Positions 28,245 to 38,509 of a stretch of DNA of 64,000 nt are shown piece by piece. Made by a program: the position numbers and the translations under genes. Positions within the stretch are counted from its first letter, which is position 1. Every line of letters begins with the position of its first letter. Source of the DNA: an uncultured Mobiluncus sp. (GTDB lineage: Bacteria > Actinomycetota > Actinomycetes > Actinomycetales > Actinomycetaceae); assembly GCF_947087965.1 (NCBI RefSeq), contig NZ_CAMUES010000009.1, positions 8,695-72,694 on the forward strand, read 5' to 3'. The notes under the pieces are model-generated. The model was not told where the DNA came from. It did no database searches and worked only from the letters and a program-made list of their open reading frames with translations.

Positions 28245-29477
28245 ATGACTGAACGGGTAGTGCTGGCTTATTCCGGCGGTTTGGACACTTCGGTGGCTAT
28301 TGGCTGGATGAAAGACAAGCTCGGTGTGGACACGATTGCGGTGTCGGTTGATGTGGGCCAAGGCGGCGAGGATATGGATGTGATTCGCCAGCGCGCTCTT
28401 GATTGCGGGGCGGTGGAAGCCTACATCGCTGACGCCAAAGACGAGTTCGCCACCGAGTACTGTATGCCCTCTCTGCAAACCAACGGCCTGTACCAAGGCC
28501 AATACCCCCTGATCTCGGCACTGTCCCGGCCGCTCATCGCCAAACACCTGGTGATGGCAGCCAAACAGTTCGGTGCCACTACCATGGCTCACGGTTGCAC
28601 CGGAAAGGGCAATGATCAGGTTCGTTTCGAGGTGTCATTTACCTCGCTGGCGCCGGACTTGAAATGCGTGTCGCCGATTCGTGATTTGTCCCTGCAGCGC
28701 GACGTGTCGATTGCCTACGCGGAGAAACATCACCTGCCCATCGAAGCAACGAAACACAACCCCTTCTCGATTGACCAAAACTTGTGGGGCAGGGCTATCG
28801 AAACCGGCTTCTTAGAGGACCTGTGGAACGCCCCCACCAAAGATGTGTACAACTACACCGATGATCCGGCATTCGCGGGAATCCCTGATGAAGTAATCAT
28901 TACTTTTGAAAAGGGCATTCCCGTGGCGATTGATGGGGTAAAAATGACTCCGCTACAGGTCATCCAAGAGATGAACCGGCGTGCCGGTGCCCAGGGTATT
29001 GGGCGTATTGATGTGGTGGAGGATCGTCTGATTGGGATTAAATCGCACGAAATCTATGAAGCTCCCGGCGCGATTGCCCTGATTACTGCCCATCAAGCCT
29101 TGGAAGCCGTGACCCTGGAGCGGATGCAGCTGCGCTACAAGCGTCAGATGGTGGAGCCGGCGTGGTCTGATTTGGTTTACGAGGCTCAATGGAATTCGCC
29201 TCTCAAGAAATCCTTGGACGCGTTTGTGGCGCACACTCAAGAATACGTGTCCGGCGAAATTCGGATGGTCATGCACGCCGGGCGGGCGGTGGTCAATGGG
29301 CGTCGTTCTGAGGCTTCCCTCTACGATTTCAAACTGGCGACCTACGATTCTGGGGATTCATTTAACCAGGACGCGGCGCGCGGTTTCATTGAACTTTACG
29401 GATTGCAGTCCAAGCTGGCCGCGGCGCGTGACGTGAGGTATGGCAAGGGCATCACGCTGCAGGCCTCGCACCTCTAA
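28245..29477 (+). CDS. argG: Argininosuccinate synthase
   Basis: [31 protein letters not shown]. Confidence 0.97.
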   Translation: MTERVVLAYSGGLDTSVAIGWMKDKLGVDTIAVSVDVGQGGEDMDVIRQRALDCGAVEAYIADAKDEFATEYCMPSLQTNGLYQGQYPLISALSRPLIAKHLVMAAKQFGATTMAHGCTGKGNDQVRFEVSFTSLAPDLKCVSPIRDLSLQRDVSIAYAEKHHLPIEATKHNPFSIDQNLWGRAIETGFLEDLWNAPTKDVYNYTDDPAFAGIPDEVIITFEKGIPVAIDGVKMTPLQVIQEMNRRAGAQGIGRIDVVEDRLIGIKSHEIYEAPGAIALITAHQALEAVTLERMQLRYKRQMVEPAWSDLVYEAQWNSPLKKSLDAFVAHTQEYVSGEIRMVMHAGRAVVNGRRSEASLYDFKLATYDSGDSFNQDAARGFIELYGLQSKLAAARDVRYGKGITLQASHL

Positions 29478-29584
29478 GTCCCTGTCCCGGTTTTCCGGGC
29501 TGCAGCCTCGTTTCAGTTCCCCGGCAGCCGAGCCAATCGGTTTGGCTGCCGGTGGTACTGTGGCATTGAGAGAAAAGAGTACAC

Positions 29585-30988
29585 ATGAGTGAAAAGTTGG
29601 CCCTGTGGGGCGGAAGATTCCAGGGCGGACCTGCCCAAGCGTTGGCGGCACTGTCGGTGTCCACCCAGTTTGATTGGCGTCTAGCAGACTACGACTTACA
29701 GGGCTCTTTGGCTCATGCGCAGGCGCTGCGGGCGGCGGGGCTGCTGACTGAGGTCGAATACGCCGACTTGAGCGCCGCCCTGCGCCGACTGCGGGCGGAC
29801 GTGACTGACGGAACTTTCACTTTTTCTCCCGATGACGAGGACGTTCATACCGCCCTGGAACGCGGATTGCTGCAAGAGAACTACGCCGGGCCGGAACTGG
29901 GCGGAAAACTGCGGGCGGGACGCTCCCGCAACGACCAGATTGCCACCCTGGTACGGATGTACCTGCGCGACGCCGCCGCCCACCTGCAAGGGCTGATAAC
30001 GGCACTTTGCCAGGCAATTTTGTCCCAGGCCGACCGTGCTGGAACCCATATCATGCCCGGTCGCACGCATATGCAGCATGCCCAGCCCGTTTTGGTGGCG
30101 CACCAGCTGATGGCTCACTTTTGGCCCCAGCTGCGTAACTTGGAGCGTTTGCGTGACTGGGAAAAGCGCAATGACGCCTCCCCGTATGGGGGCGGAGCCT
30201 TGGCCGGCAATACGTTGGGGCTCGACCCGGAACTGGTCGCCCGTGAGTTGGGTTTTTCCCAGGTGTGTCCGAACTCTATTGACGCCACGGCTTCACGAGA
30301 CGGGGTGGTGGAGTTTCTCTATGTCCTCACCCAGGTGGCGGTGGATATGTCACGATTGGCGGAAGAAATCATTATCTGGAACACCGCCGAGTTCGGCTAC
30401 GTCACTTTGGATGATTCCTATTCGACCGGGTCCAGCATCATGCCGCAAAAGAAGAACCCGGATGTGGCTGAACTGGCTCGCGGCAAAGCGGGACGTCTAC
30501 TAGGCGACTTGACGGGATTACTTGCCACGATGAAAGGTTTGCCGCTGGCTTACGACCGGGACCTGCAGGAGGACAAAGAGCCGGTGTTTGACGCTATCGA
30601 CACCCTGGAAGTCCTGCTACCGGCGGTGACCGGGATGGTGGATACCATGACCCTGCACTATGAGCGCCTGGAAACGCTGTCTACCGCAGGTTTCTCCTTG
30701 GCCACCGATGTGGCTGAATGGCTGGTGAAACGTGGTATGCCTTTCCGTCATGCGCACGAAGTGTCGGGAGCCTGTGTTGCATTGGCAGAAGGACGAGGCG
30801 TTGGGTTGGAGGACCTCAGCGATGCTGATTTTGTGGGGGTTGACCCGCTGCTGACCCCTGAGGTTCGCGACATCCTGACCGCTGCCGGTTCGGTTAGAGC
30901 CCGCCGCGGGGTGGGAGGCACCGCTCCGGAGCGTGTGGCTGAACAGATTGCGGCGGCACGCCAGCAATTACAAGCGTTCCAGTGCTAA
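29585..30988 (+). CDS. argH: Argininosuccinate lyase
   Basis: [32 protein letters not shown]. Confidence 0.97.
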   Translation: MSEKLALWGGRFQGGPAQALAALSVSTQFDWRLADYDLQGSLAHAQALRAAGLLTEVEYADLSAALRRLRADVTDGTFTFSPDDEDVHTALERGLLQENYAGPELGGKLRAGRSRNDQIATLVRMYLRDAAAHLQGLITALCQAILSQADRAGTHIMPGRTHMQHAQPVLVAHQLMAHFWPQLRNLERLRDWEKRNDASPYGGGALAGNTLGLDPELVARELGFSQVCPNSIDATASRDGVVEFLYVLTQVAVDMSRLAEEIIIWNTAEFGYVTLDDSYSTGSSIMPQKKNPDVAELARGKAGRLLGDLTGLLATMKGLPLAYDRDLQEDKEPVFDAIDTLEVLLPAVTGMVDTMTLHYERLETLSTAGFSLATDVAEWLVKRGMPFRHAHEVSGACVALAEGRGVGLEDLSDADFVGVDPLLTPEVRDILTAAGSVRARRGVGGTAPERVAEQIAAARQQLQAFQC

Positions 30989-31079
30989 AGCGGCCCGACA
31001 GGGGTGGGGCAGTGCCGCCCGGGAGAGGTCAGCGGCACCCCACCTACCGTTCATGTTGTGTAGACAAACTAAACTTTAA

Positions 31080-31108
31080 TGTACATAGAATGTAAATCGA
31101 GGTATAAT
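31080..31108 (+). promoter_or_regulatory. Sigma-A-like promoter
   Basis: TGTACA-17 bp-TATAAT. Confidence 0.6.
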
Positions 31109-31207
31109 AAAGACATCGAGCGGACATCTGTGATGGCCGGATTCGAGAGGTGGACTCCAGGCTCACCGAGACGTGTACAGAGCAATAGCGAAGGAGGTGC
31201 AACGGTT

Positions 31208-31360
31208 ATGAGTAGCATATTGAACTGGCTAAAGACCGCCCCAAAAACTTTCACCAGCGTGAAGGTTATTTCCGGCGAGGCGCCCCGGATGTGCGCAGAC
31301 ACTGTGATGGCGAAAGCCTATCGAGTGAATATGGCGCATGAATTTTTGGCTGACCGTTAA
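31208..31360 (+). CDS. Small 50-aa protein of unknown function
   Basis: Strong SD AAGGAGGT 8 nt before the ATG; MSSILNWLKTAPKTF...HEFLADR; has its own promoter and terminator. Confidence 0.6.
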   Translation: MSSILNWLKTAPKTFTSVKVISGEAPRMCADTVMAKAYRVNMAHEFLADR

Positions 31361-31392
31361 GGGGGACGGAAACCAAAAAACAGCAACGACGC

Positions 31393-31418
31393 AAGCGGAC
31401 GAAGATGTCCGCTTTTTT
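31393..31418 (+). terminator. Intrinsic terminator after the sORF
   Basis: AAGCGGAC-GAAGAT-GTCCGCTT plus a T run. Confidence 0.75.
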
Positions 31419-31462
31419 GTTGCCTAAAATCCGGCGTGCCGGGACTGAAACGCGAGTGCCAG

Positions 31463-32083
31463 CTAGTTCGCCAGCCGCGGAGTCTCGCAAACGAAGCCTT
31501 TGAATCCGTGATTGCAATATCCGTGGGGGTGGTGAAACAGGTACGCCTGATGATATGGCTCCGCAAGCCAAAACTTGCCGGCTGCGGCCAGGCTGAGAAT
31601 TTCAGTCGTAATCGGCCCTCGACCGGCTTGGGCAAGGGTTTTCCCGAAGGTTTGCCGGGATTGCTCAGCCAGCTGGCGTTGTTGCGCAGTAGTGTAAACA
31701 ATCATCGAACGGTACTGACTGCCCCGGTCGTTGCCTTGCCGCTCGCCCTGAGTGGGGTCGTGGTTTTCCCAAAACACTTTCAGCAGGTTTCCCGCACTCG
31801 TGCGGGTTGGGTCGTAGACTATGCGGGTCGTTTCAGCATGCCCGGTTTGACCTGTACAGACGTCTTCATAAGTGGGGTGCGGCCAGCGACCTCCCAGATA
31901 ACCTACCGCCGTGTTGATAACCCCGGGCTGGCTCCAGTAAATACGTTCCACTCCCCAAAAACATCCCATCGCTACGTAAAGAACCTCGTGGGGGAGGGGC
32001 CACGGCCCGGTAAGAGAGGTTTTGAGCACAGGGTGAATATCGGTCGGGGCAATCCCGGTATCGTTATGAAAGCCAAAATCCAT
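31463..32083 (-). CDS. msrA: Peptide-methionine (S)-S-oxide reductase
   Basis: MGCFWGVE, PTYEDVC, HDPTQGERQGNDRGSQYRS, AEPYHQAY. Confidence 0.95.
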   Translation of the reverse strand: MDFGFHNDTGIAPTDIHPVLKTSLTGPWPLPHEVLYVAMGCFWGVERIYWSQPGVINTAVGYLGGRWPHPTYEDVCTGQTGHAETTRIVYDPTRTSAGNLLKVFWENHDPTQGERQGNDRGSQYRSMIVYTTAQQRQLAEQSRQTFGKTLAQAGRGPITTEILSLAAAGKFWLAEPYHQAYLFHHPHGYCNHGFKGFVCETPRLAN

Positions 32084-32163
32084 AATCCTAGTGTGACACC
32101 GTGCACTGGGATTGTCCTGGGAGAGGTTTCTCTCCCGGCTACAGAGTCATTAGACTCGAAAGT

Positions 32164-32580
32164 ATGTTTCAGCCGATAGTGGTCGCAGCAGCGATTGTGG
32201 ACGACCTCAGCCGACCAACGCAGGTGCTGGGGGCGCAGCGCTCTTATCCCGAGCAATGGCGGGGTTTCTATGAGTTTCCCGGCGGTAAAACTGAACCCGG
32301 AGAAACTCCCGAACAGGCTCTGCGCCGGGAGTTGCGTGAGGAACTATCAGCGGAAATTATCGTGGGTGAGCGTTTGCAGGAAACCTGGCCCGCTCACGGG
32401 GGATTTCAGATGTTCGTGTATCTGTGCGCCCTCGCGCCACACAGCGCGGCACAGGTAGGAGCGGCGCATCTGGCCCTGCGTTGGGTCGACCTTAAACATT
32501 CCGAGAGCTTGCCTTGGCTGCCCGCCGATTATCCGATTCTGACCGCGATTGCGCGGCATTACGGCATCACACAGAGCTAA
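32164..32580 (+). CDS. NUDIX hydrolase (MutT-like)
   Basis: EFPGGKTEPGETPEQALRRELREEL Nudix box; WLPAD. Confidence 0.88.
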   Translation: MFQPIVVAAAIVDDLSRPTQVLGAQRSYPEQWRGFYEFPGGKTEPGETPEQALRRELREELSAEIIVGERLQETWPAHGGFQMFVYLCALAPHSAAQVGAAHLALRWVDLKHSESLPWLPADYPILTAIARHYGITQS

Positions 32581-32833
32581 ACGGCGTGACATTGCGCTCG
32601 TGCCGCTCGGGTATCTTCGGGCGCGGCGTGGGCTCACCCGGTTTCGAGGTTCGGGTTCACAAGGGAGCTGCGGCGGTATGGCGCGAAAACATGGGTTTTC
32701 TCTCGCCCGGTCAAGCTGGGATATTGGTGCGTTAGGTCAGGATAGTGATAGTTTAGACCCCGTGTAAAAAGCTGTTTGCCCTACCGGGGGCGACAAAAAT
32801 TGAAACTATTTATATAGAGAAGGCGAGAAATCC

Positions 32834-34870
32834 TTGTCCAACCAGTCTGCGGCCGCTGCGACAAAAAATGCCGGAGCCAAGTCCGCTCATCCCTATCGCG
32901 AGTTAACTTTCCGAGCCGTTGTTGTCGGCGGATTAATCACCCTGATTTTCACCGCCGCTAACGCTTACCTCGGGTTGAAAGTTGGCCTAACCTTTGCCAC
33001 TTCCATCCCGGCTGCCGTGATTTCCATGGCTATCCTGCGTTACTTCCATGATCACACGGTCGTGGAAAACAATATCGTCCAGACCATCGCTTCGGCGGCC
33101 GGGACGCTTTCGGCCATTATTTTTGTGGTTCCCGGTCTGGTTATGGTGGGTTATTGGTCGGGCTTCCCCTACTGGGAGACCACAGCCGTGTGCATGGTCG
33201 GCGGCATTCTCGGTGTGATGTATTCGATTCCGCTGCGTCGTGCCCTGGTGACCGGCTCCGACCTGCCTTATCCGGAAGGGGTAGCGGCCGCGGAAGTGTT
33301 GAAAGTGGGGGACGAAAACGGTTCTGCTGAGGAAAATCACCGCGGCTTGCTGGTGATTATCTGGGGCGGCTTGGCGTCCGCCGCAATGGCACTGCTCACG
33401 GCGTTAAAAGCCGCTGCGGGGTCCTTGAGCGTGAGCTTTAGGATTGGCGCCGGAGGCACCATGATTGGTGGTTCGTTGTCTCTGGCTTTGATGGGGGTAG
33501 GACACCTGGTTGGTCCCGCGGTAGGCATCGCGATGCTGGTCGGTTTGCTGCTTTCCTATGGCATTCTGCTGCCGATTCTGACCCAAGGACAGGTCGCCGG
33601 TGAGGATCTCGGTGATGTGGTCAGCACGGTTTTCGCCCACGACGTGCGGATGATTGGTGCTGGAGCTATGGCGGTGGCTGCAGTATGGACTCTGCTAAAA
33701 ATTATTGGCCCCATCTTGCGCGGTATCACGGAGTCCTTAAAATCCTCGAAACTGCGTGAAACCGGAAATCAAGTTCCCTTGACGGAACAGGACATTCCTT
33801 TCAAATACGTGGCTGCCATTACTTTGCTGTCCATGATTCCGATTGGTTTGCTGCTGTGGAACTTCCTGCGAGATTCGCCCATTTCGCATCATCTCGTGGC
33901 GCTTATTATCCTCAGCATTCTGTTTGTGCTGGTTCTGGGCTTGCTGATTGCCAGTATCTGTGGCTATATGGCGGGTCTGATTGGGGCCTCGAACTCTCCT
34001 ATCTCTGGCGTGGGCATCATCGTGATTATTGCGGCTTCGCTGTTGATTTTGTTGGTGACCGGCAATACCAGCCAGACTCACCCTACTGAACTGACCGCCT
34101 ACGCGCTGTTTACGACCGCTATCGTCTTTGGTATCGCTACTATCTCGAATGACAACCTGCAAGACCTGAAAACCGGCCAGCTGGTCGGAGCTACCCCGTG
34201 GAAACAGCAGGTGGCTCTCATTATCGGGGTTATATTTGGCTCTCTGGTGATTCCTCCGGTTCTACAGCTGCTGATGACCAGCTTTGGCTTCTCCGGGATG
34301 GAGGGCGTAGATGAGACTACCGCTCTGCAAGCTCCGCAAGCGACCCTGCTGTCCACCATCGCCAAGGGAATTTTTGGCGGGGACATGAACTGGCAGTTAT
34401 TTGGTCTGGGGGCTTTGATTGGTGTCGTCATCGTCATAGTTGATGAAATCATGGGTCGCGTCAGCCGTTTCAACCTGGCTCCGCTCGCTGTGGGCATGGG
34501 CATGTACCTGAACATTACGACCACCCTGGTCATCTCGCTGGGCGCCCTGGTGGGCTGGATTTACAACCGTTGGGCGCTGCGTCAAGACAAGGCAGAACAG
34601 TCCAAGCGTCTCGGGGTGCTGCTGGCTACCGGCATGATTGTGGGTGATTCACTGTTTGGGATTCTCAACGCCGGCATCATCGGAGCTACCAGTAACGCTG
34701 ATGCCCTAGGAATCGTCCCGGATTCTTTTGCCCCCGTTGCCAAAGTCGTGGGAGTGATTGTTTTTGTGGGTTTGTTGGCCGTCAGCTACCGCTGGGTGAT
34801 GAAGAAATCCGGCGAGTCCGAGTCGACACCAGCCTCAGAAATCAACGATTCTTCCCGAAGTGAAGCCTAA
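32834..34870 (+). CDS. OPT family oligopeptide transporter
   Basis: ELTFRA, YLGLKVGLTFATSIPAAV, ENNIVQT, LPYPEG, DNLQDLKTG, many TM helices. Confidence 0.93.
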   Translation: MSNQSAAAATKNAGAKSAHPYRELTFRAVVVGGLITLIFTAANAYLGLKVGLTFATSIPAAVISMAILRYFHDHTVVENNIVQTIASAAGTLSAIIFVVPGLVMVGYWSGFPYWETTAVCMVGGILGVMYSIPLRRALVTGSDLPYPEGVAAAEVLKVGDENGSAEENHRGLLVIIWGGLASAAMALLTALKAAAGSLSVSFRIGAGGTMIGGSLSLALMGVGHLVGPAVGIAMLVGLLLSYGILLPILTQGQVAGEDLGDVVSTVFAHDVRMIGAGAMAVAAVWTLLKIIGPILRGITESLKSSKLRETGNQVPLTEQDIPFKYVAAITLLSMIPIGLLLWNFLRDSPISHHLVALIILSILFVLVLGLLIASICGYMAGLIGASNSPISGVGIIVIIAASLLILLVTGNTSQTHPTELTAYALFTTAIVFGIATISNDNLQDLKTGQLVGATPWKQQVALIIGVIFGSLVIPPVLQLLMTSFGFSGMEGVDETTALQAPQATLLSTIAKGIFGGDMNWQLFGLGALIGVVIVIVDEIMGRVSRFNLAPLAVGMGMYLNITTTLVISLGALVGWIYNRWALRQDKAEQSKRLGVLLATGMIVGDSLFGILNAGIIGATSNADALGIVPDSFAPVAKVVGVIVFVGLLAVSYRWVMKKSGESESTPASEINDSSRSEA

Positions 34871-34911
34871 AAGACCCGGTCTGGGTGGGTTTACGGAAAG
34901 GAACAGACGCA

Positions 34912-35400
34912 ATGACAGAAACAGCCGCTAGGAGAGTACCGTACTTGGATAAAGCCTTTCCCGAAGTCGCTGCTGCCATGGAGGAAGTGACTCGCAGGCT
35001 TAAGCCCGTTTACGAGCAGGTCGGTCTACCGGCTAGCCTGATTGAACTCGTTTGCCTACGTGCCAGTCAAATGAACAGGTGTGGGACTTGCCTTTCTGTA
35101 CATGTGCCGCGGGCGCTACAAGCCGGTGTGTCCCAATTGCAGATTGATGTGTTGCCCAGTTGGAGGGAAGACACGGAATTGTTTACACCTCAGGAAAAGG
35201 CCGCACTGGAGTTGACCGAGCATATAACCAGGCTCCCCGAAGGAGTGCGCAACTCCAGCGTGGGGGAGCGTGCGCAGACATTCTTTACCGAAGCTCAGGT
35301 GGCTGCTCTCGAATGGTGCGCCATCATGATTAATGCCAACAACCGGATTTCAATTGCTTCGCATCACCCGATTCGCAAGTATCCACCAGTATCCAGTTAG
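34912..35400 (+). CDS. Carboxymuconolactone decarboxylase / AhpD-like protein
   Basis: ELVCLRASQMNRCGTCLSVH (CxxC) and INANNRI motifs. Confidence 0.85.
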   Translation: MTETAARRVPYLDKAFPEVAAAMEEVTRRLKPVYEQVGLPASLIELVCLRASQMNRCGTCLSVHVPRALQAGVSQLQIDVLPSWREDTELFTPQEKAALELTEHITRLPEGVRNSSVGERAQTFFTEAQVAALEWCAIMINANNRISIASHHPIRKYPPVSS

Positions 35401-35411
35401 GAGAAAAAACG

Positions 35412-36959
35412 TTGTCGTTTCCAGCAATAGTCCCGGTGAAGCCCGAGGAACTTTCACCTTTCGAAAAATTTAATCAACTTGTGGCCAATGCCCTCGGTAC
35501 CGTCTATGGCATGAGCATTGGCTATGTGCTGATTGTGGTACTGCTCGGTTTCGGAATCTACGCGACAATTCGCACCGGTGCCGTCCAGTTCACCATGTTT
35601 TCTAAAATGTGGAAGACCGTGATGGGTTCCCGGAAAGGCTCCCATGGAGGCATCAGCTCTTTCCAGGCTTTCGCGGTGGGCTTGGCTGACCGTGTCGGCA
35701 CCGGCAATATCGCCGGGGTAGCTATCGCGATTACCCTGGGCGGTGCCGGCTCCATCTTTTGGATGTGGATCGTGGCTCTGGTCGGTATGGCGAGCGCTTT
35801 CATCGAGGCGACCTTGGCCCAGATGTTCAAGGTCCGCAATCCCGACGGAACCTTCCGCGGAGGCCCGGCTTTCTATATCGAACGCGGTCTCGGCTCGCGT
35901 GCCTGGGGCTCCGTCTTTGCGGTTTTGCTCATTTTCACCTACGCTTTCACCTTCCAGCTGATTCAGGCCAATACCCTGGCTGGCTTAGCAAAGGCAAACT
36001 TCGGGATGCCTACCTACGCCACCGGGCTGTTGCTGGTAGCCATCACCGCCCCGTTCTTCATTGCCGGGATTCGTTCGGTAGCGCGTATCGCTGAATATCT
36101 GGCTCCGCTGATGGCAGTCATTTACATGACTTTGGCACTGATTGTCATCATCGAGAATATCGGACAACTCGGTACAATTTTCGCCATGATTTTCCAGGGC
36201 GCTTTCGGTGCGAGCTCGGTAGCAGGTGGAACTCTAGGCGGGCTCTTTGCGGCTCTGATGAACGGCACGAAGCGCGGCTTGTTCTCAAATGAAGCCGGTA
36301 TGGGTTCCGCCCCGAACGCGGCTGCGACCGCCACCGTGTCCCACCCGGTCAAGCAGGGAATGATTCAGTCCCTAGGTGTATTCGTGGACACCATTTTGGT
36401 CTGCAGCGCTACCGCTTTCATCGTGCTGCTCGGAGGGGTCTACGATCCGAACGCGGCTGAACAGCCTTCTGACGGCGCGGCCCTCACGGTTGATTCCCTG
36501 GCTGCTTTGGGTCCCTGGACTAAGCCGATTATCCTCATCGTCATCTTTATGTTCGTTTACTCGACTTTGCTGGGTAACTTTAGCTATTCCGAAGGCAACA
36601 TCAAATACCTGCTGGGCATCGAAAACAACGCGTGGATTGTCAAGGCGATTTCCATCATCGCGGTGTTCCTGGGCTCAGTGCTCTCCTTGGAAATGGTGTG
36701 GAACTTGGGCGACTGGACCGCGGCGTTGATGGCCATCATGAACTTGGTGGCTTGCACCCTGCTGTTCAAGTGGGCTCTGGGTGCCCTCAAGGATTACCAG
36801 CACCAACTGGAAACGAAGAGCGAGGACGAAATCCAGTTCTGTTCCACTGACAATAAGTTCCTTCCCGGTGAGCTTCCCACCGATATTTGGACAAAAGAAG
36901 CCATCGCGCAGGGACACAATATTTCCAGTGACCCGACTTCGTGGGAACACGGAGATTAA
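35412..36959 (+). CDS. Alanine/glycine:cation symporter (AGCS)
   Basis: RVGTGNIAGVA, FWMW, FRGGPAFYI, RGLFSNEAGMGS. Confidence 0.93.
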   Translation: MSFPAIVPVKPEELSPFEKFNQLVANALGTVYGMSIGYVLIVVLLGFGIYATIRTGAVQFTMFSKMWKTVMGSRKGSHGGISSFQAFAVGLADRVGTGNIAGVAIAITLGGAGSIFWMWIVALVGMASAFIEATLAQMFKVRNPDGTFRGGPAFYIERGLGSRAWGSVFAVLLIFTYAFTFQLIQANTLAGLAKANFGMPTYATGLLLVAITAPFFIAGIRSVARIAEYLAPLMAVIYMTLALIVIIENIGQLGTIFAMIFQGAFGASSVAGGTLGGLFAALMNGTKRGLFSNEAGMGSAPNAAATATVSHPVKQGMIQSLGVFVDTILVCSATAFIVLLGGVYDPNAAEQPSDGAALTVDSLAALGPWTKPIILIVIFMFVYSTLLGNFSYSEGNIKYLLGIENNAWIVKAISIIAVFLGSVLSLEMVWNLGDWTAALMAIMNLVACTLLFKWALGALKDYQHQLETKSEDEIQFCSTDNKFLPGELPTDIWTKEAIAQGHNISSDPTSWEHGD

Positions 36960-36969
36960 TCTGAAATCA

Positions 36970-37007
36970 AGTTGGCCCCAGGAACCGCGATGTTCCTGGG
37001 GCCAACT
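36970..37007. terminator. 16-bp inverted repeat after the AGCS gene
   Basis: AGTTGGCCCCAGGAAC-CGCGAT-GTTCCTGGGGCCAACT; no U tail. Confidence 0.55.
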
Positions 37008-37134
37008 GTATCCCCTCTCGCACGGAGTCGCTACCGCCACGCAAGCATTCGGCCTTTTCGTATGCACGCGGCAAACCCGGTAGCATAGAGGGGCGTGAAA
37101 ACGCGATGACAACGAACTATTGAAGGAAGTAAAC

Positions 37135-38397
37135 GTGAGCGATCTGATTGACGAACTGACTTGGCGGGGCCTGATTAAGCAACACACCGATTTGGACGCG
37201 TTGCGCCGGGCTTTGAACGAAGGTCCGCTCACGTTCTATTGCGGCTTCGACCCGACCGCGGCATCCCTGCATCATGGACACCTGGTGCAGCTCATTATGA
37301 TGCGCCATTTGCAGCTGGCAGGACACCATCCCATCGCGCTGGTCGGGGGAGCGACCGGTTTGATTGGTGACCCGCGTATGACTTCGGAACGCCAGCTGCA
37401 GGACAAGGAAACGGTGGCGGGCTGGGCGGACCGTCTGCAGCACCAAATCGAGCGTTTCCTCGATTTCGAGGGCGATAATCCGGCGCGAATGGTCAACAAC
37501 CTGGAGTGGACCGCGCCCCTGTCCGCGATTGATTTGCTGCGCGACCTGGGCAAGAACTTCCGGATGGGTACCATGCTGTCCAAGGACGCCGTGGCGCGGC
37601 GACTCAAGAGCGAAGAAGGCATTTCTTTTACAGAATTTTCTTACCAAATCCTGCAAGCCAATGATTACCTGCAGCTGTACCGCAAATACGGCGTCACCTT
37701 GGAAACCGGGGGCAACGACCAGTGGGGCAATCTGGTCGGGGGCATGGACCTGATTCGTAAGGTTGAAGGCAAAGATGTCCACGTGATGACGACGCCTCTG
37801 ATTACGAAATCAGACGGCACCAAGTTTGGCAAATCCGAGGGCGGGGCGATTTGGCTCGATCCGGAAATGTTCAGTCCCTACGCGTTCTACCAGTTCTGGT
37901 TGAATACTGAGGACGCCGACGTAGTCAACTTGCTGAAAGTCTTTACTTTCCTGAGCCGCGAGGAAATCGAAGCATTGGAAACCGAAACACAGCAAAACCC
38001 GGGGAAGCGCGCTGCCCAACGAGCTTTGGCTGAAGCCGTGACCACCCTGGTGCACGGGGCGGATCAAACCGAGCGGGTGAAGGCCGCTTCGACGGCGCTG
38101 TTCGGACGCGGCGACCTGCGTGAGGTCGACGGGAAAACCCTGGTAGCGGCCACTGCGGACCTGCCGCGGACCCAGGCTGTGCTGGGAGAAACCAATATTT
38201 TGCATCTGTTGGTGGACTCGGGGCTGGAAAAGGGCATTGGGGCGGCAAAACGTACTGTCGCCTCCGGGGGTGCGTACCTGAATAACGAAAAGGTTGAGGA
38301 CGAAAGTCGGGTCGTTACCGCCGCAGATGTGCTGCCGGGCGGGGTTGTCTTGTTCCGGAAGGGCAAACGGCAACTCGGCGTAGCCGTTACGGAATGA
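37135..38397 (+). CDS. tyrS: Tyrosine--tRNA ligase
   Basis: YCGFDPTAASLHHGH, GGNDQWGN, KFGKS, C-terminal S4-like domain. Confidence 0.97.
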   Translation: MSDLIDELTWRGLIKQHTDLDALRRALNEGPLTFYCGFDPTAASLHHGHLVQLIMMRHLQLAGHHPIALVGGATGLIGDPRMTSERQLQDKETVAGWADRLQHQIERFLDFEGDNPARMVNNLEWTAPLSAIDLLRDLGKNFRMGTMLSKDAVARRLKSEEGISFTEFSYQILQANDYLQLYRKYGVTLETGGNDQWGNLVGGMDLIRKVEGKDVHVMTTPLITKSDGTKFGKSEGGAIWLDPEMFSPYAFYQFWLNTEDADVVNLLKVFTFLSREEIEALETETQQNPGKRAAQRALAEAVTTLVHGADQTERVKAASTALFGRGDLREVDGKTLVAATADLPRTQAVLGETNILHLLVDSGLEKGIGAAKRTVASGGAYLNNEKVEDESRVVTAADVLPGGVVLFRKGKRQLGVAVTE

Positions 38398-38509
38398 AGG
38401 CAATGACGGTTTTTTCCTGAACGGCGTTCACCTTTCGTAGATGAGTAATCTGTCCTAAGATGGATGTATATCCCAACGGTGTGATACTGAACTGTCAAAG
38501 GAGACTGCG

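Noticed and set aside
31436..32179. 247-aa plus-strand ORF
   Set aside because: Antisense to msrA with no motifs. The same applies to other long antisense ORFs such as 3955-5232 and 55512-56708, which are expected with high GC at third codon positions.
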